Assembly: GCA_964016885.1 (NCBI GenBank)
Contig: OZ024749.1
Location: 24,552,001-24,616,000 of the forward strand
Reading direction: 5' to 3'
Length of the DNA: 64,000 nucleotides
From: Eledone cirrhosa
Lineage: Eukaryota
The notes under the pieces are model-generated. The model had not been told where the DNA came from, ran no database searches, and worked only from the letters and a program-made list of their open reading frames with translations. Both the position numbers and the translations under genes were made by a program. The stretch's first letter is position 1, and each line of letters begins with the position of its first letter. Positions 43,094 to 55,892 of this stretch are shown in pieces.

Positions 43094-46070
43094 ATTCAAG
43101 AAGGTAAATATGATTAGTTGTCTGTCAGAAATAGAAAAATCATTTACAAAACTACGCTGGAGCATCAAAAATAAAAGCAACAATATATGCACACACATAT
43201 ACAACACACATCCCAACAACAACAGACACACAGACACAAACAACAATAACAACAACACACACATCAGCAACAACAACAATAGCAACATACCCAGAAACAA
43301 CAACAGCAGACACGCAGACACAAACAACAATAACAACACACAACAACGATAACACACACGGAGACAACAACAACACACGTCAACAACAGCACACATCAAC
43401 AACAACAACACACACGTATTCAATGCCTCTCACCACCACTACAATCTAAACAAACACACAGACACAGAAAACAAGTAATGACAGTAGCACAGAAATCAGA
43501 GAAATAAGGGAAAGTAATAAGATTATAAGGAAAAGGAGATGGGAGACTAAGGACAAAGAGAATAATCAAGACGAACACACAGACACACAAAATAGGGTAG
43601 ATAACAACATTGAGCCAGTGGAAAGAGACAGGAGTAATTATGAGAGACATAGAAACAACCATCAGGCTGTCGGTGGAAATAGAAATAGAAACAACACAAC
43701 TAACAATAACAATAGCACTAGTACACATAAAGCAGCAGCCTGGAACTCTCCGTTTTATAATCCCTCCGATAAATCATTCGACCGGCGACGAGTCCACGCC
43801 ACGACTTTACCATTTAACAAACGCACGCAGTTGCCGTCGCAGGTCGATGAACAAACAGAAGCACAATTTAGTATAGCTAAATCCGAACTTAGAAATATTA
43901 TAGAACAGTATAGAAAGAAGCATAATAGAATAGAGGCCCAGCAACTGGGAGAAAAATTTGCAAATGGCTTGCATAAGCTCATGGAGCGCTCACGTAATGG
44001 AGAGATAGCATGCTTTCCAACAGACAAGTCTGGCCGAATGTCGGTTGAGAGCCTGCCAAACTACATCCAGGCAATGCAACCCCACATCACTAACACAAGA
44101 GAGGTAACACCACAGGAGCATGAGGATAGAGAAAAAGCCCTCAATGCCCATATGGTGATGTGGACGAATATAATGCAGCCCAACAAAAGTACTGCCAACA
44201 ACTTCCAGGCATGGAACAATGACGTGCCGGCGTTGTATGGGCTTCGAAAAGACCATAAAACGGGCTGTGACCCTGTCGCGGGACCACCAACACGGCCTGT
44301 CTGTGGAGCTAACATTGCTAGTAACTACAGACTGTCCTACTTCATCTCCCTGATCATACGTCCCATCATTGAGATGTCCCCAGATGTATGTGACAGCACG
44401 GAGGACCTCCTCAGCAGAATCGGCGCGAGTAACCGATCTGCGGACCTAACAAACTGCATAATAGGGAGTATGGATGTTGTGTCCCTGTATCCATCTATTG
44501 ACGTGGATTTTGCTGTGGAGAAATGCGTAGAAATGATCAGCGAGAGCAAGGTTGAGTTCCGTGGGATTGATACCAGTGAGCTGGGACTTCAACTTAAGCT
44601 TACCCATAGTAATAGTTACCTAGACACTTATGACCTTAGCAACCTGTGCCCTACAAGACCAGCAAGAGGCAGACCACCTACCATTACCTCAATGGCCAAG
44701 AAAACCCACACATATAGATGGAACGGGTGGACCAGAGCCATACGGACACCCGAAAACCACGATGAACTGAAGAAAATGATTGCACATGCGGTAGGGGCCA
44801 GCATAAAATTAACCCTTAAGGAACATATGTTCAAATTTAATGGTAAAACATATGCCCAAGAGGAAGGAGCAGCCATTGGTGTTAGCATTGCAGGCGACAT
44901 AGCTAACTTATTCATGGTATGGTGGGACAGTAGACTTAAACAAAAACTTAAAGAACAATTAGAAGACAGCTTAACCCTGATAATGTACTCCCGCTACGTA
45001 GATGATATAAACATCGTAGTTAAGACACCCCCACTAAAGAACAGTCAGGAACTAGAGAAAAACACAATGGAAAGCATCCAGCAAATAGCAAACTCCATCC
45101 ACCAGAGCATTAGAGTTACTATAGGCTACCCAAGTAGACACCCCAACCATCGATTACCTGTACTAGACACAGAGCTCGGGTTAGATTCCATTAACAACCA
45201 AAAACAAATCCTCCATTCCCAGCAGCCTTGTAGTCAACCACTGGTCTTACTTTATGACTGCGAAGATGACTTTCGAGTCCAGCTTTGCTTAGGCAGAGTC
45301 TCGCTCAGACGCTGCATGTCAGCACCATAGGAGGACCCTCGCCGTCTGGAATTGCAACAGCAATGCCCTTCCTCACATCCCGCTTTACTTTCTCGTGTGC
45401 GATTTGAGATGCCTCAAAGGCAACTTTTCCCTCATATACAGTCTTTCTCCATTTATTATGATCAGCAGCAATATTTTCCCATGTATCAGCAGAGATGTTA
45501 GCGTCTTTCAGGCCAATAGCATAAACTCATGGTATGATAGCAATAAATACCAGAGTGTAATGTTCATCAATACAACCCCTAGAGGCGAACTAGCCTACAA
45601 ATTTAGAAGGGCCCTAAATAAACATAAACTCAATATTAAGATAGTAGAAAGACCAGGTACCTCCGTAAAAACACTTATTAGCAAGACATACCAGTTCCAA
45701 AGACCCTCATGTATAGATAAGTAATGTATAACCTGTAAAATAAGCCCCCATATTAACTGTAAAACTAGAAATGTAGTGTATAGCATAAGATGTACTGAAG
45801 GACAATGTAGAAACAAAAATATAGTGTACATAGGTGAGACAGCTCGTAGTATAGGGGAACGAATAAATGAACACTGGCGAGACCTTCAAGATAATAAAGA
45901 ATCATCTGTGCTCTACCAACATGCTAAGATAGAACACAGGGGTAAATTAGAGGACATAGAAATAAAAATAGAATCCACACACAGAAAAGATGCAATGTTT
46001 AGGCAAATTACAGAGGCAGTAAGCATAAATTAATTACAACCAAAATTAAATAGAAAATATGAGTGGAACA
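43094..46070 (+). pseudogene. Disrupted PLE RT-GIY-YIG ORF (largest open piece 43618-45220)
   Basis: PTDKSGR, ALYGLRKDHK, GSMDVVSLYPSI, GAAIGVSIAG, YSRYVDD, LPVLD, VVYSIRC...YIGETARS...ERINEH; stops and a foreign insert. Confidence 0.92.
45221..45509 (-). mobile_element. Fragment of an RTE-clade LINE C-terminus inserted antisense in the PLE
   Basis: My translation: KDANISADTWENIAADHNKWRKTVYEGKVAFE...KRDVRK...CSV*ARLCLSKAGLESHLRSH (WExxAxDxxxWR motif plus C2H2 finger). Confidence 0.78.
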
Positions 46071-46301
46071 GCAACATCACAACTTACAATTAAGGACAAA
46101 ATGAAAACACACACACACATAGAACAAACAACCAACCAACAATAAATAAATAAATAAATAAACAAATAGATAAATGAACACAAACACACACAGACACCCG
46201 GATGTGGCGCATGCGCAAACTGAGCACACAACACACACACAGAAACAAAATGGCGTAGGACAGAAGAAAGGAAAGGCACAGAAACAAAGAAAGGAATCCC
46301 C

Positions 46302-46346
46302 AGTCACTGAAGAGGTCACATAGTGTGTGACGAAAGGACTATGACT
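46302..46346 (+). ncRNA. Minimal type I HHR, family B1 (copy 41051-41095 - has GAAC)
   Basis: AGTCA CTGAAGA g GTCACA tagtg TGTGAC GAAA g ga c TA TGACT. Confidence 0.78.
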
Positions 46347-46504
46347 ATATATAAAAAACTATCTGGTTGTGGAACCAACCAACCAACCATAAATTTATAA
46401 GTTTGTAGATTTGTAAATTTATAAATTTATTAATATATAATAAATTGAAGTGAAAGCTACTGGTGCGTGTGTTTCTTATTGGCAACATGGCCCTCCCAAA
46501 GTAT

Positions 46505-46553
<49 letters not shown>

Positions 46554-46925
46554 AACCAGTAAGACCCCGACGGCTGAGCTCAAGCCCTTTCGACGGCTAA
46601 TTTTGGACTAAATGAAAATTTATCCTGGTATTTAAATAGCCGATCATCTCAAGGGGTAATTCCATATATGGTCAAAGTGATTGTCAAAAATCAGTAGTAA
46701 TTCTGTGATTGCAAATTAGTAGGGGAGATGGTGGCTAAACCTGCCAGTAGGAGAAAGAGGGGAGGGGGTGGAGTAGACCCAATCAAGCGTTGGTAGTGCC
46801 AGCTACATCTGGGCATGAGGTCAAAGAAGATACTGGGGAGGGGGAGGGCGAGGGAGTCGGAACGGTAGGTAGAACAATGGGGGGTAAAAATATATATGAA
46901 AGAAAAAATACTGAGAGTGAAGAAA

Positions 46926-47395
46926 AGCGGATAAGTGTAAAGAAAAAAGTAAACCAAGTTCTACGACCTAGGTCTCTAGCTATTGTTAGGCTAGAATAAA
47001 TAAATAAATAAATAAAGAAAGAAGTAAAGAAAGAAATAAAGGAATAACGAAATTAGTAAATGAACTAGGTGGGACGGATAGGCAAGGACCCTTTTAAGAG
47101 GTATAAGTACGTAAATGATACGGTGACGGGTCAACAAATGGGGCCAAAATACTACCACGAAGCGGATAAGTGTAAAGAAAAAAGTAAACCAAGTTCTACG
47201 ACCTAGGTCTCTAGCTATTGTTAGGCTAGAATAAATAAATAAATAAAGAAAGAAAGAAGTAAAGAAAGAAATAAAGAAATAACGAAATATGTAAATGAAC
47301 TAGGTGGGACGGATAGGCAAGGACCCTTTTAAGAGGTATAAGTACGTAAATGATACGGTGACGGGTCAAAAAATGGGGCCAAAAGACTACCACGA
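46926..47395. repeat. 235-bp tandem duplication present only in the left arm of family E
   Basis: agcggataagtgtaa at 46926 and 47161. Confidence 0.9.
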
Positions 47396-49569
47396 AATAA
47401 ATAATAAAGGTTTCTATCCCGGGCACAATGCCAGCATCCACCCAGTGCAGCAAAGTGAACTAGTACGGGATAATAATTCTGAGTCCCGAAAAAAAAATAT
47501 ACTAATACTAACTCTAAAAGATCTAAAACAAGCTACATGAAAGTTCGTACGAAGTAAAGGTAGAATACGGAAAAATAAATTCAGAATCCACCCTGCCGAA
47601 AGGAAAAGCGAAGAAAGAAATACTGAAACGAGAAAATAAGGCATAAGTGCCACTAAGAAATATAGAAGGCACAGAGAATAGTGGGAGCGGTCGGAAAAAG
47701 GGGGCAATTATCCGGGGTCTAAACCAACTGTTATAAAAGGCGGAGTCCGCCAAATCTATCATAGACTAGGGAAGGGGGTGGGGGTACTAAGGCTACAAGG
47801 GGCCAAAGGGCAGCCTCGGGTGGGCGAGAAAAGACGCCGACAAAGGAGAAGAGCTGGGGTAGAAGAACTAAGGAGGGAAGGGGGGAAGGAAATAAAGGAA
47901 GCGATAAAAGAATAAAAAGAAGATCTTACGTCTCCCTTGGCAAGCAGGGGTTACCCATTGCAAAATCGGCAAGTGGGGTGTTATAGCCCTAGTCTACCCC
48001 CCCCCCCCCCGGGTCATTATGGTGTTTGAGGGCGAGGTAAGTCCTACGCAATCTATGTTTACATGCAGTAACCAGTTCATCTTTCTTGTTTAGGAGTTGG
48101 TCCGTCGAAAACAGCATTTGTAAAGTTTCCTCCGAGCATAAATTGCACGAACGGCGTCCTCCCGTGTAAGAATTGGCTCTGGACAGTAATCTCCAAGTGA
48201 GATCATAGGTGATGTTGTTGTCCTTGAGGTCCCATATGTGGCCCGAAAGTGTAGTGGCGTGACGCCGCGCCGGGTTTCGGAAGGTATGTCTAGGTTGGTA
48301 TAGCCGGCTCTTGTATACACGGGAGGACGCCGTCCGTGCAATTTATGCTCGGAGGAAACTTTACAAAGGCTGTTTTCGACGGACCAACTCCTAAACAAGA
48401 AAGATGAACTGGTTACTGCATGTAAACATAGATTGCGTAGGACATACCTCGCCCTCAAACCCCATAATGACCGGGGGGGGGGTAGACTAGTGCTATAACA
48501 CCCCACTTGCCGATTTTGCAATGGGTAACCCCTGCTTGCCAAGGGAGACGTAAGATCTTCTTTTTATTCTTTTATCGCTTCCTTTATTTCCTTCCCCCCT
48601 TCCCTCCTTAGTCCTTCTACCCCAGCTCTTTTCCTTTGTCGGCGTCTTTTCTCGCCCACCCGAGGCTGCCCTTTGGCCCCTTGTAGCCTTAGTACCCCCA
48701 CCCCCTTCCCTAGTCTATGATAGATTTGGCGGACTCCGCCTTTTATAGCAGTTGGTTTAGACCCCGGATACTTGCCCCCTTTTTCCGACCGCTCCCACTA
48801 TTCTCCGTGCCTTCTATATTTCTTAGTGGCACTTATGCCTTATTTTCTCGTTTCAGTATTTCTTTCTTGGCTTTTCTTTTGGGCGGGGTGGATTCTGAAT
48901 TTATTTTTCCGTATTCTACCTTTACTTCGTACGAACTTTCATGTAGCTTGTATATATTTTTTTCGGGACTCAGAATTATTATCTCGTACTAGTTCACTTT
49001 GCTGCACTGGGTGGTTGCTGGCATTGTGCCCGGGATAGAAACCTTTATTATTTATTTCGTGGTAGTCTCTTTTGTATTTTGGCCCCATTTGTTGACCCGT
49101 CACCGTATCATTTACGTACTTATACCTCTTAAAAGGGTCCTTGCCTATTCCGTCCCACCTAGTTCATTTACTTATTTCGTTATTTCTTTATTTCTTTCTT
49201 TACTTCTTTCTTTATTTCTTTCTTTATTTATTCTAGCCTAACAATAGCTAGAGACCTAGGTCGTAGAACTTGGTTTACTTTTTTCTTTACACTTATCCGC
49301 TTTTCTTCACTCTCAGTATTTTTTCTTTCATATATATTTTTACCCCCCATTGTTCTACCTACCGTTCCGGCTCCCTCCCCCTCACCCTCCCCAGTATCTT
49401 CTTTGACCTCATGCCCAGCTGTAGCTAGCACTACCAACGCTTGATTGGGTCTACTCCACCCCCTCCCCTCTTTCTCCTACTGGCAGGTTTAGCCACCATC
49501 TCCCCTACTAATTTGCAATCACAGAATTACTACTGATTTTTGACAATCACTTTGACCATATATGGAATT

Positions 49570-49663
49570 ACCCCTTGAGAAGATCGGTTATTTAAATACC
49601 AGGATAAATTTTCATTTAGTCCAGAATTAGCCGTCGAAACGGCTTGAGCTCAGCCGTCGGGGT
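49570..49663 (+). ncRNA. Type I HHR with U3-A8 core and long stem II (damaged copy ~46563-46657 -)
   Basis: ACCCC TTGAGAA GAtCGGTTA...TAGCCGTC GAAA CGGCT tgagctc AGCCG TC GGGGT. Confidence 0.8.
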
Positions 49664-49754
49664 CATACTGGTTCCTATTACCCACTCTACTACCCCAAGT
49701 ATTGAGTACTTTGGTGCGTTAAGGTCCACCTGGTTCCTTACCACATTTCCTTCG

Positions 49755-49821
<67 letters not shown>

Positions 49822-49826
<5 letters not shown>

Positions 49827-51215
49827 ATATATAAGATCAAGAGATGGTTAAAAGAGTTCCATGTATTTTATTATGCGCATTTCAAAAACAAATATCATCA
49901 TGCAATAACATTTGCGTTTTCGTCATATAAAATAGGCAGACATGATATGAAGTTTAAAACACACTTGTGAATAGTGAAGTTTTAAATCAACATATTAAAA
50001 GTAGTTTTAGATTGCATAAATTCCACAGAACATTCCATAAAGTATACAGCTAATATCTAATACTTTACCCATTTAAAATCCTTTTCTCAAAGGCACATAT
50101 ATATATATATATATACATATATATTTCTTTAAAAATATACCCATCTTTCTACCTTATTTCAATGTTATTTATTATACATTATATAATACTAGTTACTCAT
50201 TCTACTTCTCTTCTATTTATCACTTTCCCTTTCTTTCTTTTCACTTTTTCTTTTCTATCTCTTTCTTTTAATTTCTAACCCCTAATATGTACCTTTTCTT
50301 CCTAGACACTTCTCAATTATCATTGTGCTTAACGTAGAAACAATTATTAAACAGCACAATATATTCTAACTTTATATCACCTTAAGAAAATCCTTCGTAA
50401 ACATAAACATTTTTTTGACGTTAGATTATTCATCCTCAATTCATTATTTTTTTCTCCCTTTCATGCTCATCTAACTTATTCATCCTCTCTTCTACTTTTT
50501 TCACGATATATCCTTAATTACATTACTATTGCTATATTTTTATATTTTTTAATAATACATATCAAAAATTTCTTTCCATCGCACATATTATTAAACCCTT
50601 AAATATTATTCTTAATACATATTAACAATTTCTTTTCATCGCACATATTATTAAACCCTTAAATATACAAACCTTCATTTAAAATTATTCTAAAATTTTC
50701 CTCTTCGTTAATTTTCAAATTCTTTTAATTTATATATTATCTTCCAACGGTTTTTCAACCTCTCTATGTAAAACAATATATTTTTTAAAGTTATAAAAGC
50801 TATCTCTCTCTCTCTATCACAAATCTCTCCTCCTATCAAATCATTTCTCATTTTACTCCTCCCCCTCCACTTTTTACTCTCATCTCCTCCTCTTTTTCAT
50901 CCCCTCTCCCTCAAGTATTTCGCAATATCACACGTCAATCTAAAACTACTTTTCATATGTTGATTTAAAACTTCACTATTCACAAGTGTGTTTAACCTTC
51001 ATATCATATCTCCCTATTTTATCTGACGAAAACGAAAATGTTATTGCATGATGATATTTGTTTTTGAAATGCGCATAATAAAATACATGGAACTCTTTTA
51101 ACCATCTTTTGATCTTATATATTATTATTTATACTCCAGTCTTACAAAGTGTAGAGTGCTACTTATCCGATATCTGCATTGCTTTATTGTACTACAATTA
51201 AACGCACCTCCTACA
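49822..51215 (+). mobile_element. Family F: inverted pLTR arm 49822-50014 plus non-coding 3' arm; diverged copy at 56010-56800 (-)
   Basis: 49822-50014 is the reverse complement of ~50936-51128; internal ~60-bp tandem repeats; HHR present. Confidence 0.8.
51015..51085 (+). ncRNA. Type I HHR, family F (core-mutated copies at 49863-49933 - and 56042-56108 -)
   Basis: TATTTTAT CTGACGA aaac...gtttt t GAAA TGCGCA TA ATAAAATA. Confidence 0.8.
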
Positions 51216-51294
<79 letters not shown>

Positions 51295-51466
51295 TTATAT
51301 ATATATATACTTATATATATATATATATATATATATATACTGTTATATTTGGGGAGGGTCATATTTGCGTAATATTGCCAGAATTAATAACAGAACACAC
51401 TCACTGTTTGGTTGGTTTTCGCTTCTCGCGAATATATATATTTATATATATTTATATATATATACT

Positions 51467-51514
<48 letters not shown>

Positions 51515-52386
51515 GTATAAAAATCAATACAATATAATTACCTCATTACCAGAGGTTTCCCGAATGAAGCGAATACGAAAGAAACGTCTTCATTCGTTCG
51601 TCTGACGAGGCAATATAAAACATGGGTAAATACTTGGAAAGTCTCAAGAAAATCAAACAAAATATAGACAAATGAATTAGAAAATGAAATATATAATAAT
51701 CTATCAACAAATATAGTTAGGTGTGTGTATATATATATATATATACGCTCACAGATGTGCATATATGTGTATGCACTCATGTATACGTATAGTGAAAAAG
51801 TGTGTGTAAATATAAAATTTAGGGCAAATGTATCTGTATGTCTGTAATCTACACACAGAATAGATACATCGTAAGAAATTGAATATGAAGGCGCGCGCAT
51901 AAACACACCTACACACACGTACACTTAGATGCGGAAGTAAAAGAGGTAAGGGAGTGTAATAATTAAAGGAAAGTATCAATCTCGATATATTTATAAAAAT
52001 GGAACAATAAAATAGAAAGAAAAAAGTTTTTAGAAAGAAAAAATTAAAGAAAAGAAGTCAAAAAAGGGGGTACATACATACACGCACACGCATATCTCAC
52101 AAAAGAAACGCAAAAATATACATGCTTATATACACACACACACTTACACATCCATAAGTTCGATACGTACATACACACACACACAACACACATACTTACA
52201 CTCACGCATATTGACCTGTTTGCATGCACACGCATAAAAATGAGTAAGTAGAAAAAAAGAGGGGGGGGAAGAATAAAGAGAGAAAACATAAAACCTAGAT
52301 GTCAAAACACGGATATAAAGACACATACACATACGCATAATATATACATACACACACATACACATACATACATACACACATTTACG

Positions 52387-52452
<66 letters not shown>

Positions 52453-53242
52453 CATACACGCACGCGCACGCACATACGTAGTCGCTCATGCACATATATA
52501 GAAGGTATACACACATTAAGGCGTTCAGCCATATTGATACAGGGTGTAAAAAAAAGTGGATAAGTAAGTACAAATATAAAATTGTAAGATTGGCTGCGCA
52601 AAAATAAAAAAATAAAAATAAAAATGAAAAATATATCTGAATTGGAAAACACAAATGACCAGTTTAAACAGTTAGTGAAGGAAAAAGGGAAGTAAAAAGG
52701 GGAAGTAAAAAATGGAAAGTGAATCGGAGAATAAAGGGGGGGGGGGGTTATTGGTGGATGTGAAGTAAAAATAAAAATAAAAATAAAACTAAAACTAAAA
52801 ATAAAAATAAAAATAAAAATAAATGAAATTAATGACAAGGTTAAAATTGAAAGTAAGTCAGAAAGGGTAATTAAAAAGAGAATAATAAGAGTTTATGGAG
52901 GATAAGTATCTGACAGTGTGTTAAGTTTATATGAGCTGGAAAGCAGGTGTGATTTCATGTGTGGGCAACTGGTGAAAATTTCCGTCTTTGTGTTCAGGCA
53001 GGTCTTTGGTCATTTTAGATTTTGCAATATCCAATATTTTTCATTTATGCAGAGCGTGCATTTTCTTGTTCCTCTAGCATATTTTTTAGATTGGTTCAAA
53101 ATTGACCAATCTAATTTATATTGGATGCCATGGTCTTTCAAATCCCAAATTCTGCTAGCCAGAGCTGTTGTATATCTTTTTTTTCTGGATGTCGAAAGGA
53201 TGTGACATGTGAGTAATAAAGGATGCGATATGTGAGTAATAA

Positions 53243-54516
53243 AGGAACACTCTACTTTTTAATGATAATGACACCTGGGTAAAATTATCTAACCCAGAGA
53301 ATCCATTCGATGTCTCAATGGGCTCTTACGACAGTGCTGATGTTTGTGATCTGGTCGGCCTATTCCTCTTACATACACTTAAAGAAAAATTTCCTAACCA
53401 TATTTTGGGGCTTTATCGCGACGATGGTCTAATACTTTCCCATACCACCATAGGCCATAACTTAGATAGATTAAGGAAAGACTTAATAAAAACCTTCGGT
53501 AGTTTTAATCTTAAAATTACTATTGACACTAACCTTTCCAACGTAGATTTCCTAGATATAAACCTAGATTTGCCTACTGCTTCTTATAAACCATACCATA
53601 AACCTAATGAAAACTTAAAATATATAAATAAAGGATCTTGCCATCCACCTATAGTTTTTAAAAACCTTATCCCTAATATTAACCGTAGGATCTCCACCCT
53701 CTCTTCCTCAGGAGCTAATTTTAATAAGGCATCCCCCTACTATAATAAAGCCCTCCAAAATAGCAGCTTTAGCGAACCGATTAAATTCATACCTAACTAT
53801 ACTAACTCTATTAAACATAAAAACAGGAAAAGAAAAATAATCTGGTTCACACCCCCCTACTCTCTAGCAGTTAAAACTAATGTAGGCAAAAAATTCCTTG
53901 AGCTCCTAGATAAACATTTCCCTAGAACACATAGATACTATAAGATATTTAACAGAAACTGTGTCAAAATTAGCTATTCCTGCGGTCCCCCTATTAAGTC
54001 GTATATCCTCAACAAAATATCACCTAGAGAAAATCAAACTTGCTCCTGTAGAATCAAAAGTGAATGCCATTACAAGGTAAATGCAACACCAAAGCCATTG
54101 TATATGCGGCTAAAGTGACAACCATCAGCAACAACCATCCAGCCACCAGTGAACGATATGTGGGTATGACGCAAGACAAATTCAAAACGCGTTATTACTC
54201 ACATGTCGCATCCTTTCGACATCCAGAAAAAAGATATACAACAGCTCAGGTTAGCAGAATTTGGGATTTGAAAGACCAAGGCATCCAATATAAATTAGAT
54301 TGGTCAATTTTGAACCAATCTAAAAAATATGCTAGAGGAACAAGAAAATGCACGCTCTGCATAAATGAAAAATATTGGATATTGCAAAATCTAAAATCAC
54401 CAAAGACCTGCCTGAACACAAAGACGGAAATTTTCACCAGTTGCCCACACATGAAATCACACCTGCTTTCCAGCTCATATAAACTTAACACACTTTCAGA
54501 TACTTATCCTCCATAA
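53243..54516 (+). pseudogene. Truncated RT plus GIY-YIG ORF with one frameshift near 54068
   Basis: MGSYDSADVCDLVG, YRDDGL, DFLDINL; CSC...EC/PLQGKC split by a 1-nt loss; AIVY...YVGMT...FKTRYYSH; CTLC. Confidence 0.92.
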
Positions 54517-54968
54517 ACTCTTATTATTCTCTTTTTAATTACCCTTTCTGACTTACTTTCAATTTTATCCTTGTCATTAATTTCATTTATTTTTATTTTT
54601 ATTTTTATTTTTATTTTTATTTTTATTTTTAGTTTTATTTTTATTTTTATTTTTACTTCACATCCACCAATAACCCCCCCCCCCTTTATTCTCCGATTCA
54701 CTTTCCATTTTTTACTTCCCCTTTTTACTTCCTTTTTTCCTTCACTAACTGATTACATAGGTCATTTGTGTTTTCCAATCCAGATATATTTTTCATTTTT
54801 ATTTTTATTTTTTTATTTTTGCGCAGCCAATGTTACAATTTTATATTTGTACTTACTTATCCACAAGTTATTTACACCCTGTATCAATATGGCTGAACGC
54901 CTTAATGTGTGTATACTTTCTATATATGTGCATGAGCGACTACGTATGTGCGCGCGCGTGCGTGTATG

Positions 54969-55048
<80 letters not shown>

Positions 55049-55816
55049 TAAATGTGTGTATGTATGTGTATGTGTGTGTATGTATACATTATGCGTATGT
55101 GTATGTGTCTTTATATCCGTGTTTTGACATCTAGGTTTTATGTTTTCTCTCTTTATTCTCCCCCCCCCCCTTTTTTTTCTACTTACTCATTTTTATGCGT
55201 GTGCATGCAAACAGGTCAATATGCGTGAGTGTAAGTATGTGTGTTGTGTGTGTGTGTATGTACGTATCGAACGTATGGATGTGTAAGTGTGCGTGTCTAT
55301 ATAAGCATGTATATTTTTGCGTTTCTTTTGTGAGATATGCGTGTGAGTGTATGTATTACCCCCTTTTTTGACTTCTTTTCTTTAAGTTTTTCTTTCTAAA
55401 AACTTTTTTCTTTCTATTTTATTGTTCCATTTTTATAAATATATCGAGATTGATACTTTCCTTTAATTATTACACTCCTTTACCTCTTTTACTTCCGCAT
55501 CTAAGTGTACGTGTGTGTAGGTGTGTTTATGCGCGCGCCTTCATATTCAATTTCTTACGATGTATCTATTCTGTGTGTAGATTACAGACATACAGATACA
55601 TTTGCCCTAAATTTTATATTTACACACACTTTTTCACTATACGTATACATGTGTGCATACACATATATGCACATCTGTGAGCGTATATATATATATATAC
55701 ACACACCTAACTATATTTGTTGATAGATTATTATATATTTCATTTTCTAATTCATTTGTCTATATTTTGTTTGATTTTCTTGACGAGACTTTCCAAGTAT
55801 TTACCCATGTTTTATA

Positions 55817-55892
55817 TTGCCTCGTCTGACGAACGAATGAAGACGTTTCTTTCGTATTCGCTTCATTCGGGAAACCTCTGGTAATGAGGTAA
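55817..55892 (+). ncRNA. Type I HHR, family C (copy 51537-51612 - has CAGACGA)
   Basis: TTGCCTCGT CTGACGA a CGAATGAAG...CTTCATTCG g GAAA CC tct GG TA ATGAGGTAA. Confidence 0.88.

Larger units (their letters stand above)
46551..49757. mobile_element. PLE family E: inverted arms (minus 46551-48310, plus ~48316-49757) of endonuclease C-terminus plus long 3' UTR
   Basis: Arms are reverse complements; a minus frame absent from the ORF track reads TFRNPARRHATTLSGHIWDLKDNNITYDLTWRLLSRANSYTGGRRSCNLCSEETLQMLFSTDQLLNKKDELVTACKH. Confidence 0.9.

Noticed and set aside
48090-48542. 150-aa ORF spanning the family E centre
   Set aside because: Chimeric reading across the inversion junction; the real endonuclease remnant is in another frame
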